The notes under the pieces: model-generated
Seen by the model: only the letters and a program-made list of their open reading frames with translations
Told to the model about the DNA's origin: nothing
Database searches by the model: none
Program-made: the position numbers and the translations under genes
Part shown: positions 1-9,131 of the stretch, one piece after another
Numbering within the stretch: the stretch's first letter is position 1
How the letters are laid out: every line of letters begins with the position of its first letter
Assembly: GCA_029251265.1 (NCBI GenBank)
Contig: JAQXDR010000070.1
Coordinates: 11,724-75,723, forward strand
DNA from: Pseudoprimorskyibacter sp.
GTDB lineage: Bacteria > Pseudomonadota > Alphaproteobacteria > Rhodobacterales > Rhodobacteraceae
Length of the DNA: 64,000 nucleotides
Direction of reading: 5' to 3'

Positions 1-57
1 AGTGTCTTTGCGGATAAGCTGTAGACCTGACATTCCCGGTGGTAGGGCTTTGGACTG

Positions 58-996
58 ATGCTAGAAGTTTTTCTGAAAACAGTCCCGTTTTTTGGGTTGA
101 TCGGACTTGGATATGGGGCAGGGCGGACCCATTTTTTTCCACCCGAAGCCACTGCCTATCTGACCAAGTTTGTGTTCTACTTTGCCCTCTCTGCGATGCT
201 TTTCCGGTTTGCGTCGTCGCTGTCCATCTCTGAAATCTTTGACCCGCGTCTGGCGCTTGTCTACTTATGTGCCACTGCGCTGACATACGGCATCGCCATG
301 ACGGTCGCTTTCCTGCGCGGGCTTGATACGCCCACCGCCGCGATCGAGGCGCAATGTGCGGGCATCGGCAACACCGGGTTTCTGGGCGTGCCGATGTTAA
401 CCGTGCTTTTGGGGCAAGCGGCTGTTGGTCCGATCATGCTGCTACTGAGCATTGATCTGATCGTTTTCAGTTCGGCTTTAGTGATCCTTGTGGTTGGCGG
501 GCGGCAAGGTGGCGGCATGCTTCAGATTTTGAAAACTGTTGGACTGGGCCTGGTCAAAAACCCCATGATTGTGGCCATGGGGTTGGGATTAACTGTGTCA
601 GCCGTGCAGGTACACCTGCCAGAGGTCTTGGATGAATTTCTTTTGCTTCTCGGTGCCGCGGCCACTCCGGGCGCGCTGTTTGCGATTGGGGCGTCATTGG
701 CCAGCAAATCTGCAGAGCGGCTTGAAATCGCTGTTTGGCTCAGTTTTTGCAAGCTTGTGTTGCACCCCGGATTTGTCTTTTTGGGCGCATTTCTTATTTT
801 TCCAACCGACCCCTACAAGGGGCTGGTGGCAGTGTCGGCTGCGGCACTTCCTGTTGCGGGCAATGTCTATATCCTGGCGTCACATTATGGTGTGGCTCCG
901 CAACGCGTATCAGCATCGATTCTTATTTCGACGACCGCCAGCATCGTCACGGTGTCTTTGGTCATTGGTTGGATGACGCAATTGGTTGGCTTGTGA
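58..996 (+). CDS. AEC (auxin efflux carrier) family transporter
   Basis: 312-aa polytopic membrane ORF. The N-terminus MLEVFLKTVPFFGLIGLGY is typical of AEC/MdcF-type permeases. ATG start. Confidence 0.85.
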   Translation: MLEVFLKTVPFFGLIGLGYGAGRTHFFPPEATAYLTKFVFYFALSAMLFRFASSLSISEIFDPRLALVYLCATALTYGIAMTVAFLRGLDTPTAAIEAQCAGIGNTGFLGVPMLTVLLGQAAVGPIMLLLSIDLIVFSSALVILVVGGRQGGGMLQILKTVGLGLVKNPMIVAMGLGLTVSAVQVHLPEVLDEFLLLLGAAATPGALFAIGASLASKSAERLEIAVWLSFCKLVLHPGFVFLGAFLIFPTDPYKGLVAVSAAALPVAGNVYILASHYGVAPQRVSASILISTTASIVTVSLVIGWMTQLVGL

Positions 997-1153
997 CGCT
1001 CGGAACCGGCTCAAAACGTCGCTCATAGACCAGCTTTTGACGCAAAAAATCAATGTAAAAAAAACTCTGACCAAGAATATAAAAAGTCTTTGCGTGTCGC
1101 TATTTGCTCTGCCAATGATTTGCAAATGTCACGTCGAATAGGGAGGTCAAGCC

Positions 1154-1927
1154 GTGATTTCAGCGCGCATTCGTGCAATGTCCGGCTTGCATTGGCTGGG
1201 ACTGTTTGGTGGCTTGCTGGCCGCCTGGGCTATGCTTTTTGTTATGGCGGTCCCGGCAGAATTGCGTCAGGCAGAGGCGCTTTACGGTCAAGCGCTCTGG
1301 CAGGCACTGTGTACGCCAGGGGACGACGCCTGGTCCGTCTTGCGGCTGTTCATCATGTGGATGATTATGAGCGCGGGCATGATGTTGCCAACCGCGTTAC
1401 CCGCCTTGGCAACCTATGATGATCTTGGACATGTCACACCAACTGCATTTTGGTGGCTTGTGGCGGGATATGCTGCGGTTTGGGCAGGCTTTTCACTGCT
1501 TGCGGCGATTGCGCAAACTGGATTGTGGCGGGCAGGATTAATCGGCCTGAGCGGACAGAGTTTGTCGATTTGGTTAACAGCTGCACTCTTGGGTCTTGGA
1601 GGACTGTATCAGTTTTCGGCTCTGAAAGAGAGCTGCCTTGCCAAATGCCGCGCGCCTTTGACATTTTTTATGCAGCATTGGGATGACGGTCCCTGGCGCA
1701 TGGGCCTGCGACTTGGGGCTGTTTGTCTTGGATGTTGTTGGGCGCTGATGGCGCTGGCGTTTGTGGGCGGGGTCATGAATTTGGGATTTATGGCGTTGGC
1801 CATGGTCCTGATGGTTTTGGAAAAAATGCCTGATATCGGGCGATATGTGACGCGGCCCCTCGGGGTTTTACTGATTTTGGCTGCAGGGTTCTGGCCCGCA
1901 GTCCAACTTATCCATACAGGAGGATAA
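1154..1927 (+). CDS. DUF2182 family predicted metal-binding membrane protein
   Basis: 257-aa hydrophobic ORF with GGGAGG RBS 7-8 nt upstream of a GTG start. It is paired with a DUF1326 gene 1 nt downstream, the usual DUF2182/DUF1326 arrangement. Confidence 0.75.
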   Translation: MISARIRAMSGLHWLGLFGGLLAAWAMLFVMAVPAELRQAEALYGQALWQALCTPGDDAWSVLRLFIMWMIMSAGMMLPTALPALATYDDLGHVTPTAFWWLVAGYAAVWAGFSLLAAIAQTGLWRAGLIGLSGQSLSIWLTAALLGLGGLYQFSALKESCLAKCRAPLTFFMQHWDDGPWRMGLRLGAVCLGCCWALMALAFVGGVMNLGFMALAMVLMVLEKMPDIGRYVTRPLGVLLILAAGFWPAVQLIHTGG

Positions 1928-1928
1928 C

Positions 1929-2558
1929 ATGGCACTAGATGCGAACGGTTTGGCCGAATGGGCCATCAAGGGTGAATTGATCCTTAATTGTAATTGCACG
2001 GTCTTCTGCCCCTGTGTCGTCAGTCTGGGCCAGCACCCCCCGACCGAGGGGTATTGTCAGGCATGGGCCGGAATCCGGATCGATTCCGGCCATTATGGTG
2101 ACGAGGATATCTCGGGGTTAAACGTTGGTCTTGTGCTGGAAATTCCGGGTCTGATGGCGCGTGGGAATTGGAAAGCCGCCGCCTATATAGACGAACGCGC
2201 CAGCGAGGATGCCTACGAGGGTTTGGTCAAAATTTTCTCGGGTGCGGCTCGGGGAACGACCGGATTGTTCGCTGTCTTGGTTAGCGAATTTCTGGGGGCA
2301 GAGCGTGCGCCAGTCAGCTTTGAAACCGAAGGGAATGCCCGGCGCCTGATGGTGGGTAAGACCATTCAGGGCGAGGTGGTTCCCGTTGAGGGCCACGGTG
2401 GCGAGGAAATCGTCGTGACCAATACGAAATACTGGATGGGGCCGGATATTACCGTTGCGACAGCAACCAAGGGCCGGGTGCGCGCGCACGGACGGGTCTG
2501 GGATTTTGACGGGCGCTCCGCTGAAATCTGCCAGATCGACTGGCACGGTCCCCGCTAA
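1929..2558 (+). CDS. DUF1326 domain protein
   Basis: 209 aa with an N-terminal Cys cluster (LNCNCTVFCPCVVS) characteristic of DUF1326. GGAGGA RBS. Tightly linked to the DUF2182 gene. Confidence 0.75.
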   Translation: MALDANGLAEWAIKGELILNCNCTVFCPCVVSLGQHPPTEGYCQAWAGIRIDSGHYGDEDISGLNVGLVLEIPGLMARGNWKAAAYIDERASEDAYEGLVKIFSGAARGTTGLFAVLVSEFLGAERAPVSFETEGNARRLMVGKTIQGEVVPVEGHGGEEIVVTNTKYWMGPDITVATATKGRVRAHGRVWDFDGRSAEICQIDWHGPR

Positions 2559-2563
2559 GACCC

Positions 2564-4159
2564 ATGCGCACTGATTTTGAGGCCTACAGCCCCACCGAGG
2601 CAAACTTTGTCCCGCTGAGCCCAGTGTCTTTTCTGGCCCGGGCGGCAGATGTCTATGCCAACCGGACTGCGACAGTTTTTGAGGGCACACGCCGAAGCTG
2701 GGCCGAAGTTGGCGCCAGAGTGCAATCTGTTGCCACTGGTTTGCGGGGCATGGGGGTTGATACCGGCGAGGTTGTTGCCGTCTTTGCCCCCAACAGCCCT
2801 GCTGTATTCGAACTCCATTTCGCAGTTCCTGTGACGGGTGGCGTTTTATGCACCATCAACACACGGCTCGAGCCGGAGACCGTTGCCTATATCCTTGACC
2901 ATTCGGCGGCCAAAGTGGTGATTGTCGACGCACGGGTGCGCCCTGTGCTGGATGCGGCCCTGAAGATGGCCGACTCCCAGCCTGATGTGGTGGAAATTGC
3001 AAATGTGGGATCTGCGGTCTCCTGCGGTTATGAAACTCTGGCCATGACACCGGCCGACCTGTTTCTGACGGGACCGGCGGATGAATGGCAGGCCATAACG
3101 CTTAACTACACATCAGGCACCTCGGGCAAACCCAAAGGGGTGATCTATCATCACCGGGGCGCATATCTGATGGCGCTTGGGACCGTGGCAGGCTGGCAGG
3201 TCCCACAAGCCCCAAGCTATTTGTCGGTGGTCCCATTGTTTCATTGTAACGGGTGGGGGCATCCTTGGATGATGGCGATCATGGGGGGCAAAGTCACCTT
3301 TACGCACTCTCCTGATGCAGCTTCGATCCTTGCCGCGATCAAAGACGAGCAGGTGACTCATTTTGGTGCGGCCCCGGTTATTTTGCAGATGTTGGCGGAA
3401 AACAGTGACCAAACCCGTTTCGACCCGCCGGTACAGGCCATGACGGCAGGCGCCCCCCCACCCCCGGCAGTTTTAGAAAAGACGGCTGCCATGGGAATGG
3501 ATGTGATGCACGTCTATGGCCTTACTGAAACTTACGGCCACATCAGCCAGGCGCTTTGGGAGCGCGATTGGGATAGTTTGGACGCGTCGACACAGGCTGA
3601 CTACCGTGCACGTCAGGGTGTGGCCTTTCCAATGGTAGAGAATGTTGCGGTCATCAATCGTGATACCGGTCAGCCCGTACCACGCGATGGCATCACGCAA
3701 GGCGAAATCGCAATCCGCGGAAATACAGTTATGAAGGGCTATCTGGGCAACACATCTGCCACAGAGGACGCATTCGAGGGCGGTTGGTTTTGGTCGGGTG
3801 ATGCGGCTGTTGTCCACCCGGATGGTCATATGCAAATCCGTGACCGCCTGAAGGATGTCATCATCTCGGGGGGCGAAAACGTCAGTTCGGTTGAGGTTGA
3901 GGCTGTCTTATACCGCCATCCAGATGTGGCAACTGCCGCTGTTGTCGCAAAACCGGACGTGAAGTGGGGCGAAGTGCCCTGTGCGTTCATAGAACTGCGC
4001 GAGGGTGCTGACCCTGACGCAGGTGCTTTGATTGCATTTTGCCGATCCCATCTTGCGGGTTTTAAAACGCCAAAGCACATAATTTTTACTGAAATTCCAA
4101 AAACTGCCACGGGTAAAGTGCAGAAATTCCTTCTGCGCGCCCTTGCCAAAGAAGGCTGA
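2564..4159 (+). CDS. AMP-dependent acyl-CoA synthetase/ligase (candidate MMPA-CoA ligase by context)
   Basis: 531 aa with the adenylate-forming motifs YTSGTSGKPKG and a C-terminal GKVQKF. It lies 5 nt upstream of dmdA on the same strand. Confidence 0.85.
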   Translation: MRTDFEAYSPTEANFVPLSPVSFLARAADVYANRTATVFEGTRRSWAEVGARVQSVATGLRGMGVDTGEVVAVFAPNSPAVFELHFAVPVTGGVLCTINTRLEPETVAYILDHSAAKVVIVDARVRPVLDAALKMADSQPDVVEIANVGSAVSCGYETLAMTPADLFLTGPADEWQAITLNYTSGTSGKPKGVIYHHRGAYLMALGTVAGWQVPQAPSYLSVVPLFHCNGWGHPWMMAIMGGKVTFTHSPDAASILAAIKDEQVTHFGAAPVILQMLAENSDQTRFDPPVQAMTAGAPPPPAVLEKTAAMGMDVMHVYGLTETYGHISQALWERDWDSLDASTQADYRARQGVAFPMVENVAVINRDTGQPVPRDGITQGEIAIRGNTVMKGYLGNTSATEDAFEGGWFWSGDAAVVHPDGHMQIRDRLKDVIISGGENVSSVEVEAVLYRHPDVATAAVVAKPDVKWGEVPCAFIELREGADPDAGALIAFCRSHLAGFKTPKHIIFTEIPKTATGKVQKFLLRALAKEG

Positions 4160-4164
4160 TCGCC

Positions 4165-5268
4165 ATGGCTATGATCGCTCCATCCCGCCGTCTGCGTCGT
4201 ACACCTTTCTCTGCCGGAGTAGAGGCCGCAGGTGTAAAAGGCTACACCGTCTACAATCGAATGTTGTTGCCCACAACGTTTCGATCGATGGTCGAAGATT
4301 ACCACCATCTGAAAGAAGCTGTTCAAATCTGGGATGTCTCTTGCGAACGGCAGATTGAACTTCGGGGTCCAGATGCGGGCCGTTTGATGCAAATGCTGAC
4401 ACCGCGTGACTTGCGCGGGATGCTCGCTGGGCAATGTTATTACGTTCCAATTGTGGATGAAACAGGAGGCATGCTGAACGATCCTGTTGCGGTAAAGCTG
4501 TCTGAGGATCGCTGGTGGATCTCGATTGCTGACAGTGACCTGCTTTATTGGGTCAAAGGAATTGCCTATGGCTACCGGCTTGATGTTTTGGTGGATGAAC
4601 CTGATGTGTCACCTCTGGCTATTCAAGGGCCGCGCGCGGATGACCTTATGTCGGAGGTGTTCGGTGACAGTGTGCGTGACATCCGGTTTTTTCGCTTTGG
4701 TCATTTCGACTTTAACGGTCGTGACCTTGTGATTGCACGGTCAGGATATTCCAAGCAGGGCGGTTTCGAGATTTATGTTGACGGCAGCGATATTGCCATG
4801 CCGCTATGGAATGCGCTGATGGAGGCGGGGCAAAAATATGACATCCACGCAGGTGGCCCAAATTTAATCGAACGGATTGAAGGTGGGCTTTTGAGTTATG
4901 GCAATGACATGACCATGGATAACACGCCGCACGAATGTGGGCTTGGCCGGTTTTGTAATACACACACAGCGATTGGATGTATTGGGCGGGATGCCTTGCT
5001 GCGGGTGGCCAAGGAAGGCCCTGTCAAACAGATCCGGGCCATACAAATCCACGGAGATGCTGTGCCCGCATGTGATCGTTTATGGCCAGTAATGGCGGGA
5101 TCTAAACGCGTTGGCAGCGTTTCCTCAGCGGCATGGTCCCCTGATTATAAAACCAATGTTGCAATCGGTATGGTGCGGCTGACGCATTGGGATGAAGGGA
5201 CCGACGTACAGGTTGAAACACCCACTGGCAGGCAATTCGCCACAGTCCATGAAAGTTTTTGGATCTAG
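4165..5268 (+). CDS. dmdA: dimethylsulfoniopropionate demethylase (GcvT-family aminomethyltransferase)
   Basis: 367 aa with a GcvT fold. The N-terminus (PSRRLRRTPFS...YTVYNRMLLPT), VSPLAIQGPRADDLM, ARSGYSKQGGFEIYV and LLSYGNDMT closely match my recollection of roseobacter DmdA. Confidence 0.8.
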   Translation: MAMIAPSRRLRRTPFSAGVEAAGVKGYTVYNRMLLPTTFRSMVEDYHHLKEAVQIWDVSCERQIELRGPDAGRLMQMLTPRDLRGMLAGQCYYVPIVDETGGMLNDPVAVKLSEDRWWISIADSDLLYWVKGIAYGYRLDVLVDEPDVSPLAIQGPRADDLMSEVFGDSVRDIRFFRFGHFDFNGRDLVIARSGYSKQGGFEIYVDGSDIAMPLWNALMEAGQKYDIHAGGPNLIERIEGGLLSYGNDMTMDNTPHECGLGRFCNTHTAIGCIGRDALLRVAKEGPVKQIRAIQIHGDAVPACDRLWPVMAGSKRVGSVSSAAWSPDYKTNVAIGMVRLTHWDEGTDVQVETPTGRQFATVHESFWI

Positions 5269-6476
5269 CCGTTTTTGTCCGGGGTGAATATGTGAGGGTC
5301 GTTGATCATACACGGGTGTTTGTCATCATATAAAATGCACCATTAGAGCGGTTTGAGCATTGGAGGCTATGGTGAATTTGTCTGGCTGATCACGAGGCTT
5401 GTTTTGGGCGTTGCAAGCTGCCTGGTTGGATTGTCCACTTCTTGATTTCTTCCGTTTCGCGGGGAATGGCTTTGGGCTGTCGAAGTGCTTACTCTTCGGT
5501 GTGCTGCGTAAACCCTTGAAAAACATAAAAAAGTTCGAAAAAAATCGAAATTCCTAGCCCAACTTAACCAAGCATAAGCTACCAAACCAGCGTGGGATCA
5601 ATAGCTAATCTTGCTTTCTGAAAGTGTGCTATGCGACTTATTGAGCAAGTCGGTGCGAAATCTGGGAGTATCGACCAAGGTGATTGAAAGTCTGTTATGT
5701 GTTTTTCACCGTGCATATTCGTTTTGTTTTGTCCGTCTTATACTTGTTGTGGAAGTGGGTGCCGCAACTGCCGACACTCAGGTAATTAACAGACGCAATC
5801 CATACGAGTCTGTTGTGGCTTGTTCAGTTTACCAATTTCTATGAGAGAATGTCGCGCCAGGTCTGAGGGGCAGTAAAAATTGTCACGCCCTCGGTTCTTT
5901 TATTTTGAAGAGTTACAATTCTAGTTTTGGCGAGATTTGCTGATTTAAGCGAACCAACAGTTTCCTCTATTTGCCATAGCCATAGCCATAGCCAGACCAG
6001 CGGATGCGGCAATGCGCGGCGACGCCCGGGAAGCTTCAGAGATCGCCGGACGCCTAATTGCCATAAAGATGGCTGCCTCTTTTGATGCAGAGCGCGCTGT
6101 AGTTTACGCAAATGATTTATAGGAGATACAGAGATTATCCTTGATTGCGATGTGTTCACAATCCGTCTGAATGCAGAGAAATCGACACCAATCTCGCACC
6201 CTCGCAAATTTTGGGCTCACAATTTGCCGACTTCGATAGTGTTCGCCCGGATCATCTATTGGTATGTTCGGTCCGGGTGGACGCGTATGCTGTCCCAATT
6301 AAGAGAGCCTTTGAATCTGAAGCGCTGCTTAAGTGTATACTATCCCACATTTGCTAAGTGACTTGTGCAAAATGATGGATGCTTTGCCTGATGTTCCATA
6401 TTTTACAGCTTGATATCACGCGGCAGGAGGGGGACATAGGCAACGCCCTCGATGTGTCACGTTTCAGTTCCGCTTT

Positions 6477-6740
<264 letters not shown>

Positions 6741-6751
6741 TTACCAAACGC

Positions 6752-7048
6752 TTAAAATCTATGGACCAAAGGGCGATTTGAACATATGCCGTGATCGAGA
6801 ACTTGGAAGATGCTGTCGGGATCGAGATTGTCCTCTGGTTGGTCTATAACAAGAGGTGTCGTATCTTTATCGAGGTGAAGATAGAAAACGAGTAAGACCA
6901 ACTCTTTCTCCCCTAGCGAGAGTTGGTCGAGCCTTTTCCCATCAATAAGACGCTCATATTTAGCTTTGAAATACCCTATTTCAAAGGAAAAATTGTAAAC
7001 CGCCTTCTCTCGCTTTGCGGGACTTCCTTTTGGATATTGCCAACACCA
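6752..7048 (-). pseudogene. C-terminal fragment of an ABC/SMC-type (AAA) ATPase
   Basis: My own minus-strand translation gives ...YERLIDGKRLDQLSLGEKELVLLVFYLHLDKDTTPLVIDQPEDNLDPDSIF.... This contains an ABC signature (LSxGE) plus a Walker B / D-loop (IDQPEDNLD). There is no start codon and no Walker A. It is A+T-rich and abuts the IS3 fragment. Confidence 0.5.
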
Positions 7049-8755
7049 TCAGCGGGGGTCGTTGGGGATCATGGCCGCGGCCGACAGGACTGCCGAAGCA
7101 AGAAGGCCGTCCTTGGCATGGGACAGACCGCCCTGAGCCGACGCATCGCGCAAAGATGTCAGCAGCGTGGAAACCTGATCCGGCGCAAAAAGCTGCTGCA
7201 CAATATCTGCCTGCTGTGCCGTCTCAACATCGTTCAGCAGTCGCTGAAGTGGGTGCGCGCCAGAATGGCTTGGGGATGTGGGGTCGGGGCTTGTCCCATA
7301 GATCCTACCTGGTGCCGGATTTCGGCTCAATTCCATCGGCGTCAGGGCAGTCAAATTGAAGTTGGTCGGGGATTTTTCCGGAGTGTCAAATGGTATTGAG
7401 AGCACCCCCGGTTCTAGTTGGTGCATAATATCAAACAAAATCTGGCTGGACGACAGCCGCTCTGCACCGGCCAACGCCGATACATCATCCAGAAACCCCG
7501 AACTGAGTGGGTGAAACCCCATATGGCTTTGCGGTACTCGCCCGGAATGGAACCTGTTACGAAATTCCCTGTAATGGGCAATCAGCGCTTGGGTCTGGTC
7601 CAGCTTTTGTAGTCGACGTTGGCCTTGTATCAGACGTCGCAAGCGGCCCCACTGAACACGTCCCCAAGATTTATTGGCCCCATTCTGCCCAACCCACTGC
7701 ATCCAGTCTTGCGTATCCTGCGCAAATTCTGCGCGTAGCCGGTCTGGATGGATTGTATCGCCTTGTGCGCGAATAAAGGACGCCAGATCAGCGTAGCTGT
7801 TGCGCTTGTTGTAAAACGGTCGGTGGATTTCACCACCATTTCCACCGACTCGGACCGCATGAAGGCCTTGCGTTGTAAATGGGAAATACACCGGGTGATA
7901 CGCCCCCAGGTCCAGAGCGCGCCAGGTCTCATAAGCTTCGGTGCGGCTCAAGGCGTGATGGTTGACGGGCATGCCATTGTGGAGCCTTTCTTCAAAGGCA
8001 GTGCAGACCCTCTGTGCGACCTGAAAATCCAATCCGGCGCCGCTGCAGAAGAAATGCGCCCGGCGCAGTCCAAGTCGCCTTTGCGCTGCGCGGATCAGTG
8101 TAAAGACGGTGCGCGAATCTACCCCACCGGTTAGATCGGCGCTCAATTGTACCGTTTCATTGGCCACAAGCGTTTCAAATCGGGCGATCCACAGATCCGT
8201 GAACTGCACGAGAGCTGCGGCATAGCTGTCGGGGAGGGGGCGAGGACGGTAGGGTTTGATCGAGACATCCTCGTCGCCGATCATCAGCTCGTGTCCCAAT
8301 GGCAAAATCTGCACACCCGTTACAATGGTCTGAAACGAATAAGGCTGCTGAAAGAAAGTCCGCGGCAGAGTGATCGCAGCCAACTGGCTGAGCCGTGGGG
8401 TGACGGTGATGCCGTTGGTATGAAGGGCATCTGTGATAGCGAGGATCGAATTTGACACAACCCAGAACCCGGGGGACCAGTAGTAAAACACCTTTTTGAA
8501 ACCGGAATGATCGGTGCCCACGCGAAATCGGGTCCCTTCGCGGTGGATCTGCACATAGCAGCCATCTTCGCCCGGCCCCAGTTCTTGGCATGTGGCGCGG
8601 GTGAAATCGCGTAGCCCATCGGCCCCGAACACCAGATCCGCGCCGACAAAGGCATACCCCTGAAAGAAATGATCCTGAAACGCCTTGGATGTCATGCAAA
8701 AGACAGTCTGTCTGCATGTCTGCGTAACTTTGGGAGGCATGCTCGCGTCCTGCAT
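7049..8755 (-). CDS. asparagine synthetase-like PP-loop ATPase, function unknown
   Basis: 568-aa ORF. The central motif LSADLTGGVDSRTVF matches the AsnB SGGxDS PP-loop. The N-terminal segment GCYVQIHREGTRFRVGTDHSGFKKVFYY resembles the AsnB glutaminase-domain strand but has no N-terminal Cys nucleophile. The true start may be the internal ATG at 8695 (MTSKAF...). Confidence 0.7.
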   Translation of the reverse strand: MQDASMPPKVTQTCRQTVFCMTSKAFQDHFFQGYAFVGADLVFGADGLRDFTRATCQELGPGEDGCYVQIHREGTRFRVGTDHSGFKKVFYYWSPGFWVVSNSILAITDALHTNGITVTPRLSQLAAITLPRTFFQQPYSFQTIVTGVQILPLGHELMIGDEDVSIKPYRPRPLPDSYAAALVQFTDLWIARFETLVANETVQLSADLTGGVDSRTVFTLIRAAQRRLGLRRAHFFCSGAGLDFQVAQRVCTAFEERLHNGMPVNHHALSRTEAYETWRALDLGAYHPVYFPFTTQGLHAVRVGGNGGEIHRPFYNKRNSYADLASFIRAQGDTIHPDRLRAEFAQDTQDWMQWVGQNGANKSWGRVQWGRLRRLIQGQRRLQKLDQTQALIAHYREFRNRFHSGRVPQSHMGFHPLSSGFLDDVSALAGAERLSSSQILFDIMHQLEPGVLSIPFDTPEKSPTNFNLTALTPMELSRNPAPGRIYGTSPDPTSPSHSGAHPLQRLLNDVETAQQADIVQQLFAPDQVSTLLTSLRDASAQGGLSHAKDGLLASAVLSAAAMIPNDPR

Positions 8756-9131
8756 TTGTTGCTGCTCTCGTGTGAAGGGTGTCGAACTGGCTCTGTGCTG
8801 TCAACGTCTTTGGGGTTGAATGGTGTTGGGTGCAGGGACCTGCTTTCTCGTGAGCGTCTTTGATCCTCGCAGCACGACGAGACCGCTCCATTGTTATGGT
8901 ATGGTCAAAACTTGCAACTTGTGCAGGCGCTGGAGACGCTCGATCTAAAGCATTTCGATTTTAATTTGCGGTAAACATCAGCGCTGACCTTGATCAAGCA
9001 GGGTTTTGCGTCTTAGCCTGGGGGTATTCCTGACGTTGAATGTCGCGTTCTTCGTTCGTCATGAATATTTCCCCACTAAATCGGGGAATTTACAGGAAGT
9101 CTCCCGAGAGTCTGTACATATCTAGATCGCA

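Noticed and set aside
5326-5585. Overlapping 66-aa and 72-aa minus-strand ORFs just after dmdA. The 66-aa one is highly basic (KSKHFDSPKPFPAKRKKSRSG).
   Set aside because: There are no recognisable motifs or a convincing RBS, and the two ORFs are mutually exclusive frames in A+T-rich scar DNA. They cannot be supported from sequence alone.
5973-5995. Short (CCATAG)n microsatellite (gccatagccatagccatagcc), and a 36-codon ORF beginning just downstream of it (MRGDAREASEIAGRLIAIKMAASFDAERAVVYANDL).
   Set aside because: There are only about three repeat units, with no evidence of phase-variable coding context. The small ORF has no RBS and no recognisable family. It is most likely debris within the degraded island.
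7049-9130. Possible lasso-peptide (RiPP) cluster centred on the AsnB-like gene.
   Set aside because: I found no transglutaminase-like leader protease, no RiPP recognition element protein, no ABC exporter and no convincing short precursor ORF in the upstream 375 bp. The idea is kept only as one functional hypothesis for the orphan enzyme.
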